A stretch of DNA of 64,000 nt from Chlamydiales bacterium (GCA_965206695.1 CBDBKM010000002.1:64001-128000), one strand, 5' to 3'. Counted from the first letter of the stretch, positions 27,838-40,255 are shown. Made by a program: numbers and translations. The notes: a model not told the origin generated them from the sequence alone.

Positions 27838-29223
27838 CTAATGCCCTAACATCTTTTTCGGATCTACTATCTCATCAAATTGTTCAGGTGTCATATAACC
27901 CATTTCAATAGTAACTTCTTTAAGAGTTCTATATTCCTTATGAGCCTTTTTAACAATTTGAGCGACTTTATCATAACCAATTTCGCTATTAAGAACCGTC
28001 GCCAGCATCAGAGAATTGTGTAAATGTTGATCGATAACTCTATGATTCGGCTTGATAGCAACCACACATTTCTCTGTGAAATTTACAGCTCCATCAGCTA
28101 AGAGACGGATAGAATGTAAATTGTTATAAATCATCACCGGTTTAAAAACATTTAACTCAAAATCGCCTAATGCGCCGGCAAATCCAACTGTCACATCATT
28201 TCCTAATACTTGAGCTGTTAACATCATTACCGATTCTGACTGTGTGGGGTTAACCTTACCGGGCATCATCGATGAACCCGGTTCATTTGCCGGAATTAGA
28301 ATCTCTCCAATACCACAACGTGGCCCGGAACTTAAATGACGGATATCATTAGCAATTTTAAAGAAAGAGCAAGCCACTCTTTTTAAAGCGCCGCTTAATT
28401 CAACCTGTGCATCATGTGCCGCTAAAGTTTCAAATTTATTAGGAGCGCTAATAAAATTAATGCCTGTTAAATCACTAATCATTTTTGCCGCCTCTTTGGG
28501 ATATTCCGGATGAGTATTGACTCCTGTTCCAACAGCCGTTCCTCCTAATGCAATTTCCGATAAATGAGCCAAGGTATTTTCAATCGCGGTAATACCATGA
28601 TCAATTTGAGAAGCGTATCCGGAAAATTCTTGCCCTAAGGTTAAGGGCATCGCGTCCATTAAATGCGTACGACCTATCTTGATAATATCATGAAACTCTC
28701 GCGCTTTTTCATGTAGCGCTTTTGCTAAAATATGAAGATTAGGAAGCAGAGCATCTCTTACCATCATACGAGCAGATATACTCATAGCTGTCGGAAAGGT
28801 ATCATTAGAAGACTGAGATTTATTGACATCATCATTTGGATGAATAGGATCTTTAGAACCTAACTGACCTCCTAACTTTTCAATCGCTCGATTGCTAATG
28901 ACTTCATTAACATTCATATTTGTTTGCGTACCCGATCCGGTTTGCCAAACGACTAAAGGAAAATGATCGTCCAACTTACCTTCTACGATTTCATCACAAA
29001 CTTCAATAATAGCGTTTCTTTTTGCTTTGGGTAAAAGCTTAAGATCACAATTAACAATTGCAGATGCCTTTTTAATAATAGCAAGGGCACGAACAACTTC
29101 AATTGGCATCCCTACTGCGCCTATACGAAAATTCTGCAAAGAACGTTGGGTCTGAGCGCCAAAATATTTATCAATCGGAACTTTAATTTCACCTATACTA
29201 TCCGATTCAATTCTATGATCCAT
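27838..29223 (-). CDS. fumC: Fumarate hydratase class II
   Basis: [45 protein letters not shown]. Confidence 0.97.
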   Translation of the reverse strand: MDHRIESDSIGEIKVPIDKYFGAQTQRSLQNFRIGAVGMPIEVVRALAIIKKASAIVNCDLKLLPKAKRNAIIEVCDEIVEGKLDDHFPLVVWQTGSGTQTNMNVNEVISNRAIEKLGGQLGSKDPIHPNDDVNKSQSSNDTFPTAMSISARMMVRDALLPNLHILAKALHEKAREFHDIIKIGRTHLMDAMPLTLGQEFSGYASQIDHGITAIENTLAHLSEIALGGTAVGTGVNTHPEYPKEAAKMISDLTGINFISAPNKFETLAAHDAQVELSGALKRVACSFFKIANDIRHLSSGPRCGIGEILIPANEPGSSMMPGKVNPTQSESVMMLTAQVLGNDVTVGFAGALGDFELNVFKPVMIYNNLHSIRLLADGAVNFTEKCVVAIKPNHRVIDQHLHNSLMLATVLNSEIGYDKVAQIVKKAHKEYRTLKEVTIEMGYMTPEQFDEIVDPKKMLGH

Positions 29224-29241
29224 GCTTTTATCCTCATCCGA

Positions 29242-29667
29242 TTATTTGAATAATAACAAGGCGAAAACAAAAGCAAAAAGAGAAAATGACTCCACAATCC
29301 CTAACGCTGCAAACGCCTTACCTAATATAGCCGGTTGTTTAGCTGCTGCTTGGATACCCGAAGCGGCACATTTACCTTGATAAACAGATGAAACTAAAAA
29401 AGCGATACCGGAAAACAAGCCTATTCCTATTCCTGTTAACGGTGATACATCACCGGCTCTAATAGCATTTGCCAAAAGTATCATTAGTACAAAACCGTAA
29501 ATTGATTGGCTGGAAGGCACTGCAGACATGCCAATAAATTTTCCATGGCCTTCTTCTACTCTTGCCATGACTGCATGAGATGCCATCCCCGCGATTCCAC
29601 ATCCGATCGAACTACCCACACATCCCAATCCTAATGAGATCGCCGGACCTACCATTGCATAATCCAT
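29242..29667 (-). CDS. atpK: V-type ATP synthase subunit K
   Basis: 4-TM proteolipid, PSSQSIYG, GIVESFSLFA. Confidence 0.93.
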   Translation of the reverse strand: MDYAMVGPAISLGLGCVGSSIGCGIAGMASHAVMARVEEGHGKFIGMSAVPSSQSIYGFVLMILLANAIRAGDVSPLTGIGIGLFSGIAFLVSSVYQGKCAASGIQAAAKQPAILGKAFAALGIVESFSLFAFVFALLLFK

Positions 29668-29683
29668 AACTATTCGTTCTCCT

Positions 29684-31606
29684 TTATTTTCTTAATTTTA
29701 GCAATGCTAACGGTTTATGAAGTCTACCACCACCATCAAAGCAATAATGGTACCACTCCAAGAAATTTAGACGTAATCCATGTATGACACCACCCATAAT
29801 ACTTAAAGTAATATTCACACTATGACCTATTAAAATAATCACAATACCAATAAAAAATCCGGCCTTTGCTCCCAATACATTAAAAGTCGAAGCCATAATA
29901 GAACCCGCTAAAGCCAAGGCATAAAGGCGTAAATAGGATAATACATCAGCAAAGACTTCGATCACTCGCATGATTTCTCCTAATCCCTTAATACGTTTTT
30001 GAATAACGGCTAAAACACAGGCTACTATAATCCCCACATAAAGTATTTGACCTCCAAAATAGGCACCTCCTTCTCTAGGTACTCCGAAAAACCAATGAAT
30101 GAGTGATGTCGCTTTAAGAACGGAAGGGGAAAAAAGATATCCACCTACCAGAAATAAAATCCATCCAATGCCGGCCCGGTTTTTTTTAAGGTTTCGAATC
30201 AGACCTATGCAAATATGAATAACACCAATGAATAATGACAATTCTAATAAGATACTATCTGCAAACGAATCGAAAATAATAAAGACATGAGAGCCGTCTT
30301 TTTCAATCACACCTGTTGTTAAAAACTCATATGGCACTCGAATATTTGCCAATTGAGGAAATTTTTTTAACCAAACGTTATACACATCATCTTGATTAAG
30401 CATATGATATGCTGTTTTTTGTTCGACTAGCCATGTAAAGGGAGAAAATTCTCGGACATTACCTTTTAAGCTAAAATTTATCCCAAAACAAGAAGCGGTT
30501 AAGAACCCCCATATAATACAAGAAAGGGCTAGAGTAGTTAACAGTTTTACAAACCGTTTCCCATGATCCGCCATATGAGGAAACTTCACTCTTGTAAAAA
30601 GTGCAAGTACTAAGAAGATTGCTCCATACCCTCCATCACCCACAATAATGGCAAAAAATAAAGAGAAAAACCACAACACCCATTTTGAAGGATCTTTATC
30701 AGTAGTAGAAGGGGTATCATAAATATGAACCAAATCTTCTCCTACTCGTCCTAATCCATGGTTGACTAAATGAGTGGGAATTTTATCTGTTCTTTCAATT
30801 GCGATCTCTTCCATAATAATTGAAAAGGAAGCGATCAGTTTTTTTACCTGTGCGATATTGGAATCTGCAATCCAACCTTGAATCGAAAACAAATTATTAT
30901 CAAAAAGAGGCTCAATATACTTTTGATTGACATGAAGATTGTAAACGTTAAGGGTGTAAACAGCAGCTTCCTTCAAAAGAGTCTTAAAAGCCCTCAGCTG
31001 TTTCAACTCAGCCTCCAGATCATGCATTTTATCTATTAACTCATCTCTTCGCTTTATTAAAACTTGATGAGGTTTGTCGATAATCATTTCGACCATCCCC
31101 TCATATTTTTTTGGCTCTGAGTTAATCGTGATAAAATAATCCAGATCATGATCGCTACCGATATGAATCACCTCGGGCCTTTTGGAAGCTTCGATTAATT
31201 GCGCTTTTTTAGAAAAAAAGAATTGAATTTTCCTATGACCTTGTTTTTCGATATGATCAATATCATCAATAAGAAAATCTCCAAAAACAGCGACCCTATG
31301 AATTTCTTGAATGATAACCCTTTTTTCTTCTTTACGAAGCTCTAATTCACTATTAAGGTCTATGATTTTATCTGCTGTGGGAAGAGCCGTATTTAAATTG
31401 CTATATTCAGCTTGTTCAATAGGAGCTAATCCTCGTAGAATTTTCATAGCCTGATTGTACTTTCTAATATTTTCAGGGAGTTCAAGGTTCCTTTGTTCAC
31501 TTTGATCGATAAATTCAATCATTCCGAGTTCTTGAGCCCGTCTGAAGAAAAGTTTCCTTTGTTCTAAGGGCCCTAAAAATAAAAACTTTTTTACATCTAT
31601 ACGCAT
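29684..31606 (-). CDS. atpI: V-type ATP synthase subunit I
   Basis: GDGGYG, DVLSYLRLYAL, IHGLRLNFLEW; likely start MRIDVKK at 31606. Confidence 0.95.
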   Translation of the reverse strand: MRIDVKKFLFLGPLEQRKLFFRRAQELGMIEFIDQSEQRNLELPENIRKYNQAMKILRGLAPIEQAEYSNLNTALPTADKIIDLNSELELRKEEKRVIIQEIHRVAVFGDFLIDDIDHIEKQGHRKIQFFFSKKAQLIEASKRPEVIHIGSDHDLDYFITINSEPKKYEGMVEMIIDKPHQVLIKRRDELIDKMHDLEAELKQLRAFKTLLKEAAVYTLNVYNLHVNQKYIEPLFDNNLFSIQGWIADSNIAQVKKLIASFSIIMEEIAIERTDKIPTHLVNHGLGRVGEDLVHIYDTPSTTDKDPSKWVLWFFSLFFAIIVGDGGYGAIFLVLALFTRVKFPHMADHGKRFVKLLTTLALSCIIWGFLTASCFGINFSLKGNVREFSPFTWLVEQKTAYHMLNQDDVYNVWLKKFPQLANIRVPYEFLTTGVIEKDGSHVFIIFDSFADSILLELSLFIGVIHICIGLIRNLKKNRAGIGWILFLVGGYLFSPSVLKATSLIHWFFGVPREGGAYFGGQILYVGIIVACVLAVIQKRIKGLGEIMRVIEVFADVLSYLRLYALALAGSIMASTFNVLGAKAGFFIGIVIILIGHSVNITLSIMGGVIHGLRLNFLEWYHYCFDGGGRLHKPLALLKLRK

Positions 31607-32217
31607 GCCATTGCTTCCTTTGATGCTTCTTTCTTCGATTTGGCTACTTTTGCTTGGCAAACAGCGGCTAGTTGTTGATCACCTAAAAACACTTTGATCT
31701 TTTTAATATTTTCCAAAGCTCTTGGAATCATCACTTTTTCAAAAAGGTTCACCCGAATCGATACTTCTCTTAACTCTTTTTGCAGAGCCTGTAATTTTTC
31801 TTCAGCTACTGTTATCTGAGTCTTAAGTTCAACTAATTTTCGCAACCCTTTCATAAGCCCCTCTAACCAGGGAGGTGTCTCAAATAAACTATAATACGGT
31901 TCTTTAAAATCTATCTTTTGATAAATAGGAATCTCAACTCCGGCAATATTTTCATATAGCTTATCTACCTTCTCTATCTTGGCTAAATCATGGGCGGGTA
32001 CACCAAAGTTATCAGTAAACAAGCAACAATATCCCTCAACAGTAGTATTTTGCATGTCCATTTGCTGAATAAGGCTCGCAATTTCTATTTTAGCATGATT
32101 GACTTCAGTTTGAAGCATTGCTTTTTTTAATTGCAATGTTGGTAAATACTTTTGCAATTGATTAAGCTTATACTGCTGTAATCTTAACTCATTTTTTGTC
32201 AGTTTTACTTGAGCCAA
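31597..32217 (-). CDS. atpD: V-type ATP synthase subunit D
   Basis: KLTKNEL, YLPTLQLKK, RVNLFEKVMIP. Confidence 0.95.
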   Translation of the reverse strand: MAQVKLTKNELRLQQYKLNQLQKYLPTLQLKKAMLQTEVNHAKIEIASLIQQMDMQNTTVEGYCCLFTDNFGVPAHDLAKIEKVDKLYENIAGVEIPIYQKIDFKEPYYSLFETPPWLEGLMKGLRKLVELKTQITVAEEKLQALQKELREVSIRVNLFEKVMIPRALENIKKIKVFLGDQQLAAVCQAKVAKSKKEASKEAMACV

Positions 32218-32230
32218 AACTAAATCCTCA

Positions 32231-33541
32231 TCATTCCTTGTCCTTGTCAGGCCAATACTTATCTATAATCGATTGTTTGATACCTACTTCATCTTCCTTA
32301 AAACACTCTGCTAACGTTCTCCATGCAAGGTCTAAAGCTTCCTCTAATTCTAAATTCACTTGCAAATTCATCATTCTACTTTCGAAGAGCTCTGAGAAAT
32401 GCAATAATTTTTCGTCCCATTTAGATAGTTTGAAACCCATTGCTTGACGCTCTCGAGCTTTTTTAGATTCGGCATATAGACGGATCATATTATTAGCAAT
32501 ATCTCCATGATCTTCTCGTGTTACTTTACCTATTACCTGTTGTTTTAAGCGTGACAATGAACCAAAAGGATCAATATATTTGTTATGTAAATAAAATTGT
32601 CCCTCCGTGATATATCCTGTGTTATCCGGAACAGGATGCGTAACATCATCTCCCGGCATCGTCGTAACAGCAATAATCGTTATCGAACCACTTCCTTCGA
32701 TATCCACAGCTTTCTCATAACGGGAAGCTAAATCAGAGTAAAGAGACCCCGGATAACCTCTATTAGCAGGAATCTGGTCCATAGTAATTGCAATTTCTTT
32801 CAATGCATCCGAAAAAGCGGTCATATCCGTTAATAAGACCAATACATTTTTGTCTTGCACGGCAAATTTTTCAGCACATGCTAATGCCATATCAGGGACT
32901 AAAACACATTCTACTATAGGATCAGTTGCTCTATGCGCAAACATAATCGTTCGATTCATTGTTCCCGATTCTTCTGAATTTGTAATAAAGGCTTGGTAAT
33001 TATCAAAAGTCAGCCCCATTCCTCCAATAATAACAACATCAGCATCGGTTTGATTAGCTATTCGCATCAAAAGCTCATTGTAAGGTTCTCCTGCAACAGA
33101 AAAAATAGGTATCTTTTGAGATTTAACTAAACAATTGAAAATATCAATCATAGGAATATTGGTACGAACCATTTGCCTAGGAATAATTCTTTTAACAGGG
33201 TTAAAGGATGGGGTACCAATTGGAAGCTCTTCTCCAATAATATCAGGTCCATGATCAATCGGTGTACCGGCACCATTTAATCTTCTTCCTAATAAAGTAT
33301 CTCCAAAAACAGCAAACATCTCTTTATTCAGGAAGGTTACTTTATCCCCGGTATTAATTCCTCTAGTACCGCCAAAAACTTGCAAGGTTACCTCGTTTCC
33401 TTCAAAACGCAGTACAGAAGCATAAGTAGACGTGCTATCCCCTTTTTCAACAGTAGCCAGCTCACCCAATGCTACATCTTCAGCAGTCACTGTAATAAGG
33501 TTCCCGCGCATGCTATTAATTCTATCATGCACCTTTTTCAT
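32231..33541 (-). CDS. atpB: V-type ATP synthase subunit B
   Basis: [41 protein letters not shown]. Confidence 0.97.
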   Translation of the reverse strand: MKKVHDRINSMRGNLITVTAEDVALGELATVEKGDSTSTYASVLRFEGNEVTLQVFGGTRGINTGDKVTFLNKEMFAVFGDTLLGRRLNGAGTPIDHGPDIIGEELPIGTPSFNPVKRIIPRQMVRTNIPMIDIFNCLVKSQKIPIFSVAGEPYNELLMRIANQTDADVVIIGGMGLTFDNYQAFITNSEESGTMNRTIMFAHRATDPIVECVLVPDMALACAEKFAVQDKNVLVLLTDMTAFSDALKEIAITMDQIPANRGYPGSLYSDLASRYEKAVDIEGSGSITIIAVTTMPGDDVTHPVPDNTGYITEGQFYLHNKYIDPFGSLSRLKQQVIGKVTREDHGDIANNMIRLYAESKKARERQAMGFKLSKWDEKLLHFSELFESRMMNLQVNLELEEALDLAWRTLAECFKEDEVGIKQSIIDKYWPDKDKE

Positions 33542-35324
33542 CTTTTTTCATCTCCGCTTTCTTCGCAATTTCAATCATTTCTTCAATTTTGGCCAAACCC
33601 TTCTTATATTGCTCTGAGTTGAAAGAGGTAAAATTTAAATTCTTTACTGCATTTTGCAAGGTAAGGAAAAATTGCCTTACCTCATCATGATGTGTTAACT
33701 TAATATCCAAATCAAATATACGGCAAATCAATTCAAAAAGAGGTATTTGACGCTCTAAAGGAGCATAGGTATCTTCTTTATCAAAAGCATTTTGCTGTAA
33801 ATAACTAAAATCATATAGCTCAGCTTTAAGATAAATGATCATATCCTCTATGCCGGTTCCTTCTTCGCCTACAACTTCCATACGCTTGCCAATTTCATCC
33901 CCTTCTACTAGAATTTGAAAAGCTTTTTGAACCCTAGCACTCCAGTTGGGAAGTTTTACATTCAATTCCTTTCCTACTGCATCAACATATTTAGACCATG
34001 AAATCAACGGGTCAATAGCAGGATATCTTCTTGAATCAGATCTGGCTCTTGATAAACCTAAAAAGGCACCAACTACAGATAAAGTTGCTTGAGTAACAGG
34101 CTCCTCAAAATTACCTCCTGCAGGAGAGACTGCTCCTCCGATAGTAATAGAACCCGTACTATTATCATGAAGTTCTATAACTCCGGCTCTTTCATAAAAT
34201 GCTGCGATTCTTGATGCTAAATAAGCAGGAAAAGCCTCTTCACCGGGAATTTCTTCTAAACGACCTGACATTTCCCTCAAAGCTTGAGCCCATCTTGAGG
34301 TTGAGTCGGCTAAGAGTAAAATATCCAGACCCATTTGACGATAATATTCTGCAATTGTCACTCCCATATAAATAGACGATTCTCTTGCTGCTACCGGCAT
34401 CGAAGATGTATTACAGATAATAACGGTTCTATCCATCAGAGCCCCTTCCGTGTAGGGATCTGTTAAATAAGGAAATTCCTTTAAGACTTCTACGACTTCT
34501 CCGGCGCGCTCTCCGCAAGCAACGACAATAACAATGTCTACTGAAGAATACTTAGAAAGATGATGTTGCAAAACTGTTTTTCCTGCACCAAAGGGTCCGG
34601 GTGTACAAAAATTCCCTCCTTTTAATAAAGGGAACTGGGAATCGATAACTCGTTCTCCGGTAACCATCATTTCGGTCGCTTTAACTTTTTTCCCTTCCAT
34701 CAAAGAATTTTTTACCGGCCATTGTTGTACCATGGTAAATTCATATTCTTTGCCGGCCTTATTTTTGCCTTTGGCTACAACCGTATCAATATTATAAGAT
34801 CCGGGCTTAATCACCCATGTAAGAGCAATCTTATCATAAATATTAAAGGGAAGCATAATGCGATGAGTAAACCGCTTTTCAACTGTTGAGCCCAATGTAT
34901 CGCCTCGAACTAAAACAGCTCCTTCTTCTGCAACAGGCTTGTAATCCCAATTTTTCTTTCTATCTAAGGGATACATATAAATGCCTCTGGGAAGAAAATA
35001 ACCACAAGTCGAAGCAAGATCCTCTAATGGATTTTGTAAACCGTCTACAATACTACTTAATAACCCGGGACCTAATTCTGCGATTAATAACTGTTCGGTA
35101 AAATGCACAGGCATATTTAATTTGATACCCTTAGTATCTTCATAAACTTGAATCTTTGCTTCATTGCCCAAAATTTCAATAACTTCAGCTTTTAAAAGAG
35201 CCCCATTCATATCTACCATAGCCACTTCACCTTGACGAATATTGCCTTCAAAACGCACTTGAAGTAAGTTTCCAAAAGCTTTGATAACAGTACCGGTGGC
35301 TTTACTCTCTTTTACTTGACTCAT
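33525..35324 (-). CDS. atpA: V-type ATP synthase subunit A
   Basis: [27 protein letters not shown], [12 protein letters not shown]. Confidence 0.97.
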   Translation of the reverse strand: MSQVKESKATGTVIKAFGNLLQVRFEGNIRQGEVAMVDMNGALLKAEVIEILGNEAKIQVYEDTKGIKLNMPVHFTEQLLIAELGPGLLSSIVDGLQNPLEDLASTCGYFLPRGIYMYPLDRKKNWDYKPVAEEGAVLVRGDTLGSTVEKRFTHRIMLPFNIYDKIALTWVIKPGSYNIDTVVAKGKNKAGKEYEFTMVQQWPVKNSLMEGKKVKATEMMVTGERVIDSQFPLLKGGNFCTPGPFGAGKTVLQHHLSKYSSVDIVIVVACGERAGEVVEVLKEFPYLTDPYTEGALMDRTVIICNTSSMPVAARESSIYMGVTIAEYYRQMGLDILLLADSTSRWAQALREMSGRLEEIPGEEAFPAYLASRIAAFYERAGVIELHDNSTGSITIGGAVSPAGGNFEEPVTQATLSVVGAFLGLSRARSDSRRYPAIDPLISWSKYVDAVGKELNVKLPNWSARVQKAFQILVEGDEIGKRMEVVGEEGTGIEDMIIYLKAELYDFSYLQQNAFDKEDTYAPLERQIPLFELICRIFDLDIKLTHHDEVRQFFLTLQNAVKNLNFTSFNSEQYKKGLAKIEEMIEIAKKAEMKKDEKGA

Positions 35325-36100
35325 TCTTTATCCTTCAAAATTGTATCCACTATTTCTTTTCCTTTATCCTGATTGTGCTTCAACCAACCATCCACTATAA
35401 TAAGTTGAGATAGATAGCATAAGATATGATCTAATCTAAAAACATCACCGTCTTCCATATTAAGTAGTGTATTCAAACGATATTTGGAAATTTCTTCATA
35501 TAACTGTAAGGGATTATCAACATTCTCTAAAAATAATCCTTTTAGATGTTCATACTCTGAAGGAGGTTCGTAAATCTCCGAATCTTTCTGAGCTAAAATT
35601 TGGGCAACCAAAACATCCGTAGGATCTTCGTATTGAAGTTCTACAGCAACATCTCTTTTTAAAACTTTAGCTCGAAAACCCAATAGAATTAAGCGTAAAT
35701 CTCTTTCAAAAACTAAATAGCGTTTCAAAAAACCTTCGGCATTTTCCATTTCATTTTGAAAGAATAAACTAACTAGTTTAGAAAAATGCTTTAGCCTCTC
35801 TTCTTCCGTATCGTACTCATGAAGAAAATCAAAGACATAATCGGGGAACTGATCTTCCACAGTTAAAATTTCTTCCAGTTCCTTTGCGTTATAATTTCCG
35901 TGCGAATCTAATTGCCTTTTTCGCCAAAAAGCCCTTAAATTTTGTATATCCATATATCGTCTAATAACTCTTAACTGCTCCATGTCATCATCATCCAAGT
36001 TTTCTTTGCAATGAACGACGAATTCATGAAAAGGCAACTCCGGCTTTTCACCTAGAATTAATGGAGGCAGTAAACTAGAGAGGAAATAATAACGATTCAT
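35321..36100 (-). CDS. V-type ATPase subunit C-like (DUF2764/CT309-like)
   Basis: YYFLSSLLP N-terminus; position between subunits E and A; likely start MNRYY at 36100. Confidence 0.8.
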   Translation of the reverse strand: MNRYYFLSSLLPPLILGEKPELPFHEFVVHCKENLDDDDMEQLRVIRRYMDIQNLRAFWRKRQLDSHGNYNAKELEEILTVEDQFPDYVFDFLHEYDTEEERLKHFSKLVSLFFQNEMENAEGFLKRYLVFERDLRLILLGFRAKVLKRDVAVELQYEDPTDVLVAQILAQKDSEIYEPPSEYEHLKGLFLENVDNPLQLYEEISKYRLNTLLNMEDGDVFRLDHILCYLSQLIIVDGWLKHNQDKGKEIVDTILKDKE

Positions 36101-36107
36101 ATATAGC

Positions 36108-36734
36108 TTAACCTCTAAATAAAAACCGGCGAAAATCTTCACGTAAATAACTATTCAAAAAATCCCTAAGAGCTTCAGCAGAAATATCAATAGTAAGTTG
36201 CTTATCTTTTATTTCTACCTTTGCCCCGGCTTTGAAAGATCCAACCTCAATATTACCTTCCTTTAGTTTACTGATAACATTATTCATTAAATGTTTATTC
36301 ACCTCTTCTACCGAAATATGTTGAGGAACATAAGCCAAAAGGTCAGCACTTATACCTTCTTTTTCAATGCCTTCAACTATAGCATTAATTAACCTTGCAA
36401 CAATTTGAGGATCCTTTGCCTGCGAGGAAATAATCGACTCAATTTCTTCATTAAAAAGCTTTTCTTGCACCAATTGTTTTAAAGCTTCTAAAGCTTGTTT
36501 TCCCGCTTGCTCTAAAGCGGTAAGGCAGACCCGTTTATCTTTTTCAATCGTTCGTCTTGCGTCTTCAAGTATTCGAGCTGCTTCATTATTAGTTTCTGAT
36601 AAGATCTTATCCCTTTCTTTATTAGCATCAGCAATAATTTGCTCCGCTTCACGTTTTGCAGGGTCTAAAGTATCTTTACGTAAAAGATCACAAATTTGAT
36701 TTATTTTATCTTTGCCTTTTTCAAGAGTATTCAT
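36108..36734 (-). CDS. atpE: V-type ATP synthase subunit E
   Basis: DKINQICD.LR..TL.PA..EA coiled coil; first gene of the operon. Confidence 0.9.
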   Translation of the reverse strand: MNTLEKGKDKINQICDLLRKDTLDPAKREAEQIIADANKERDKILSETNNEAARILEDARRTIEKDKRVCLTALEQAGKQALEALKQLVQEKLFNEEIESIISSQAKDPQIVARLINAIVEGIEKEGISADLLAYVPQHISVEEVNKHLMNNVISKLKEGNIEVGSFKAGAKVEIKDKQLTIDISAEALRDFLNSYLREDFRRFLFRG

Positions 36735-36894
36735 ATCACATCGCTATGGCTGAAATTTAAGGTATTCGATTGTCTCTTATTTCTTTAGAGATCAAGAGGG
36801 AGTGTATATAATAAGCACTTAAAAAACCATAGGATAATAGGATGGTTACTTCTTACTCGATAACTCTTTAACCTCTACAAGTGAAAAGGTATTT

Positions 36895-37170
36895 TTGATG
36901 CATATAGCGACAAAATGGGATCATCAATAAAAGGCTTATAATGAAACAGATACCATCGAGTAAGATAACGTTGGCAACACCGATAACAGGGATAAGATTT
37001 GGAGTTAAGCTTGTAACCGCCCGGGCACCGGCCAATGGAAGTAGCAATAGCCATGGCCCTACCCTGAAATTTATTATCTGCCGGGTTAGAAAACAATGTT
37101 ACAGTAGTTGTTACGGCAACATATCAATAGCAGCGACAGGGACCGCTAATAGATTAAACAACATCTTTTT
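36895..37170 (-). pseudogene. Possible MFS transporter C-terminal fragment
   Basis: Frameshifted pieces TTVTLFSN.A...QGRAMAI..S and a hydrophobic LLDGICFIISLLLM tail. Confidence 0.35.
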
Positions 37171-37200
37171 TCTAAGAAAGTTGTAGAATATTCCATTCAA

Positions 37201-37342
37201 GAGCATATGTGTTCTGACATAGTAAAAACAGCTCTTAAACAAGCTTATTTTAGAAGAACTCCTGTCAACAATTTTATCCGTCATTCAGACAGAGGCTCCC
37301 GATATACAAGTAAAAGTTTCAAAATACTGTATAAAAAATATG
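37201..37342 (+). pseudogene. IS3-family integrase-core fragment
   Basis: EHMCSDIVKTALKQAY...HSDRGSRYTS (HSDRGSQY motif). Confidence 0.75.
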
Positions 37343-38009
37343 GGTAGTCTCTCAGTTTGAATTAAAATATTTTTATTTTGACTGAATAAGCATTTTAATC
37401 ATAATAAATAATTATGTCCAAAAAACCAAAAAAACCATTTGATAGTAACCGGCCGGCAAAATTAATTTGCGATGCTACTACAGCAGGTCAACAACTCCCT
37501 GAATTTAGAGAGGATGGCAAATGCCGAATGGAAGAAAAAAGGGTAATAAAAGGTTCTTGATTATTCATTAAAAAATGGAAATGCTAATGAACTGGAATGA
37601 TGACAAAGGAATTAAAAAAGAAATCAGAAGCAGTACAGAATGCTTGTAAAAATTTATGAGAAAGAGAGTAAAGAAAAAAGATATAGTCCATCTAAGCATG
37701 TAAAAAGTGTTGAAAGATAAGATTTCATGAAATCCGGATACCAAGTACATATCTACAAGTATCGCAGAAAGAAACAACTTAAATATACGAATGTCAATGC
37801 GTAGATTTACTCGGCTTATTAATGGATTTTCTAAAAAAGCAGAAAACCGTGCACATGCTGTTTCTCTATATTTCATGTATTACAACTTTGCAAGAATTCA
37901 TAAATCTTTGAGAATCACTCCAGCAATGGCAGCAGACATTTCAAATCATGTATGGGAGTTAGAAGAAATCATAAATCTTGTTTCCCGGAATTCAAACTGA
38001 AACACTACC
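37343..38009 (+). mobile_element. Internally deleted IS1-like element, 667 bp
   Basis: 21-bp TIRs GGTAGTCTCTCAGTTTGAATT / AATTCAAACTGAAACACTACC (2 mismatches); transposase C-terminus MRRFTRL.NGFSKK...YYNF.R.H..L..TPAMAA (37791-38000). Confidence 0.8.
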
Positions 38010-38039
38010 GAAATTTTAGCGTTTTTTGTATGAGGTTTA

Positions 38040-38547
38040 GAGAGTGCTTAGATAGCATCTTGACGATAAAAAAACGCTTAAGACCACAAATAAGCAAACC
38101 GGAATGCCTATTATTGGAGCTTTACGACTTGAGGATATGATAATCAGGTCAAAAGAATACTCCACGATTGGAGGAAGTGAGGTCATTGACTTCTTAAAAA
38201 GATTAGAGAAGCATTCCCGGGCTTCAAAATATATGTTATTTTAGATAACGGAAGAGCCGATAAAAATAAACTGATTCAAGAATATTTAACGACTTCACGT
38301 ATAGAGCTTCTCTATTTACCCCCAATATTCTCCAAATTTAAACGCAATAGAAAGGCTTTGGAACATGATGAGGGAAGCGGTTACTTATAATAAATTTTAC
38401 AATACATTTACTGATTTTAAATTAGAGATAAGGAGCTTTTTTAAAGACAAAATCCCGATTTTAAAAGACACGCTTAAGACACGAATGAATGATACATTTC
38501 AAGTGCCGGAAGTCAATCCTGTCCGGCTTCCAATGTGAATGAGTATA
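38040..38547 (+). pseudogene. IS630-family transposase 3' remnant with right end
   Basis: YVILDN, LLYLP.YSPNLNAIERLW with frameshifts; ends GTGAATGAGTATA. Confidence 0.85.
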
Positions 38548-38729
38548 TACTTTTCGCTACTGAAAGGTATACAAAAAAGTATAAATTATGATATTAGTTT
38601 TGCATGAACTAATTAACTCCAAATCAAAGAAGCACTTTTGAATTTCAGATAAAAAAGACCCGTGATATAAATGAACGTAATCGTTTGTGTGTGCTTCTTG
38701 CATGAGATGACGCTCTAGAGCCTGATCAC
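38546..38729 (+). mobile_element. IS630 left end and degraded transposase start
   Basis: Near-identical to the first part of 56570-56752. Confidence 0.7.
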
Positions 38730-38768
38730 GGGAGCTGTCAATACTATAATATAATCTTGGAATTTAGC

Positions 38769-39185
38769 ATGCCCGTATATCATCGATTAAAATTTTGCTG
38801 TCACAGTTGTCAAAATTCTCTCTCTTTTTCAGTTTCAGATCCTACTTTTCTTAATCATACATTGAGCTGCTCCAACTGCAAGCAAGCATATGTTTTTTCT
38901 GAAAAAATACTTAAAGAACTTAATCAATTTGAAGCTCTATGTCGACAGATCCACGCTTCTAAAGAAATTTTAGGTAAAGCAGCCATTGCTATTGATATAG
39001 GCCAACATCATGTTAACATCCCTTTTCAATTGTTATTAACTAGGCTGAGTTCCACTATAGAGATCGAAATTGGCGGGAATAAGACTATTGTTTCTTTTAG
39101 AATTGATACACTCAATGAAATGAGTTTTTTGAAACAAGATGATGAAAATAAATTAAAAGAAATCAGCTGTTTAAATCACTTATAA
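38769..39185 (+). CDS. Conserved chlamydial CxxC..CxxC protein (CT312-like by position)
   Basis: CHSC and CSNC motifs, IPFQLLLTRL; directly upstream of tal. Confidence 0.7.
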   Translation: MPVYHRLKFCCHSCQNSLSFSVSDPTFLNHTLSCSNCKQAYVFSEKILKELNQFEALCRQIHASKEILGKAAIAIDIGQHHVNIPFQLLLTRLSSTIEIEIGGNKTIVSFRIDTLNEMSFLKQDDENKLKEISCLNHL

Positions 39186-39289
39186 TGATTCTCATTACAG
39201 ACAAAGGCATAGGCAATAAAATTTTGATAGTTTATAAGGTGGAGTTTCAATTACTTATACTTTTTCAATTGCAAAAAGGGAGCGAATAA

Positions 39290-40255
39290 ATGGCCAACAA
39301 CCTACTTAATCAACTTAAGGAAATGACAGTCGTCGTTGCAGATACCGGAGATATTAATTCTATAAAAGCGTATTCTCCTACTGATGCAACAACCAATCCT
39401 TCATTAATTTTTGCAGCAGCTACAAAGCAACCTGAATATCAGGGACTGGTAGATGGTGCTATTAACTATGCCAAATCTCAATCAAGCAATATTGAACAGC
39501 AAAAAAAAGATGTTATTGATAAGCTATTTGTTAATTTTGGCACTGAAATTCTTAAAATCGTTCCACGAAGAGTTTCTACTGAAGTCGATGCAAGACTCTC
39601 TTTTGATATACAAGGCACTATTGAAAAAGCCCATAAGCTTATTGGTCTATATGAAGCGGCAGGTATTGATAAAAAGCGAATTCTTATCAAAATAGCGTCT
39701 ACTTGGGAAGGGATGCGAGCAGCTGAAGTCTTACAAAAAGAAGGGATTCACTGTAATATGACTCTCCTTTTTAGTATGGTTCAAGCTATAGGGTGTGCTG
39801 ATGCTAAGGCAACACTTATTTCACCTTTTGTAGGGAGAATTTTAGATTGGTATAAAGAAAATGAGAGACCGGAAGGCTACCCTGCTGAAGAAGATCCCGG
39901 CGTTTTAAGTGTCACGCAAATTTTCAATTACTACAAAAAATTTGGTCATAAAACAGAAATTATGGGAGCTAGCTTTCGTAATACAGGCGAAATTATCGAG
40001 CTAGCCGGTTGTGATCTTCTAACTATCGCACCTAAACTTTTATCTGAACTACAAAGTACAGAAGGAAACTTAGTTCGTAAACTTGATGAAGGTATGGCTA
40101 AAAAATCTAACTTACAAGAGATTAAGCCGGATGAAAAAGCATTTCGATGGATGTTGAATGAAGATGCTATGGCTACTGAAAAATTAGCCGAAGGCATTCG
40201 TAAATTCACAGCAGATCTCATTAAATTAGAACAATTCGTCCATGATAAATTGTAA
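39290..40255 (+). CDS. tal: Transaldolase
   Basis: [45 protein letters not shown]. Confidence 0.97.
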   Translation: MANNLLNQLKEMTVVVADTGDINSIKAYSPTDATTNPSLIFAAATKQPEYQGLVDGAINYAKSQSSNIEQQKKDVIDKLFVNFGTEILKIVPRRVSTEVDARLSFDIQGTIEKAHKLIGLYEAAGIDKKRILIKIASTWEGMRAAEVLQKEGIHCNMTLLFSMVQAIGCADAKATLISPFVGRILDWYKENERPEGYPAEEDPGVLSVTQIFNYYKKFGHKTEIMGASFRNTGEIIELAGCDLLTIAPKLLSELQSTEGNLVRKLDEGMAKKSNLQEIKPDEKAFRWMLNEDAMATEKLAEGIRKFTADLIKLEQFVHDKL

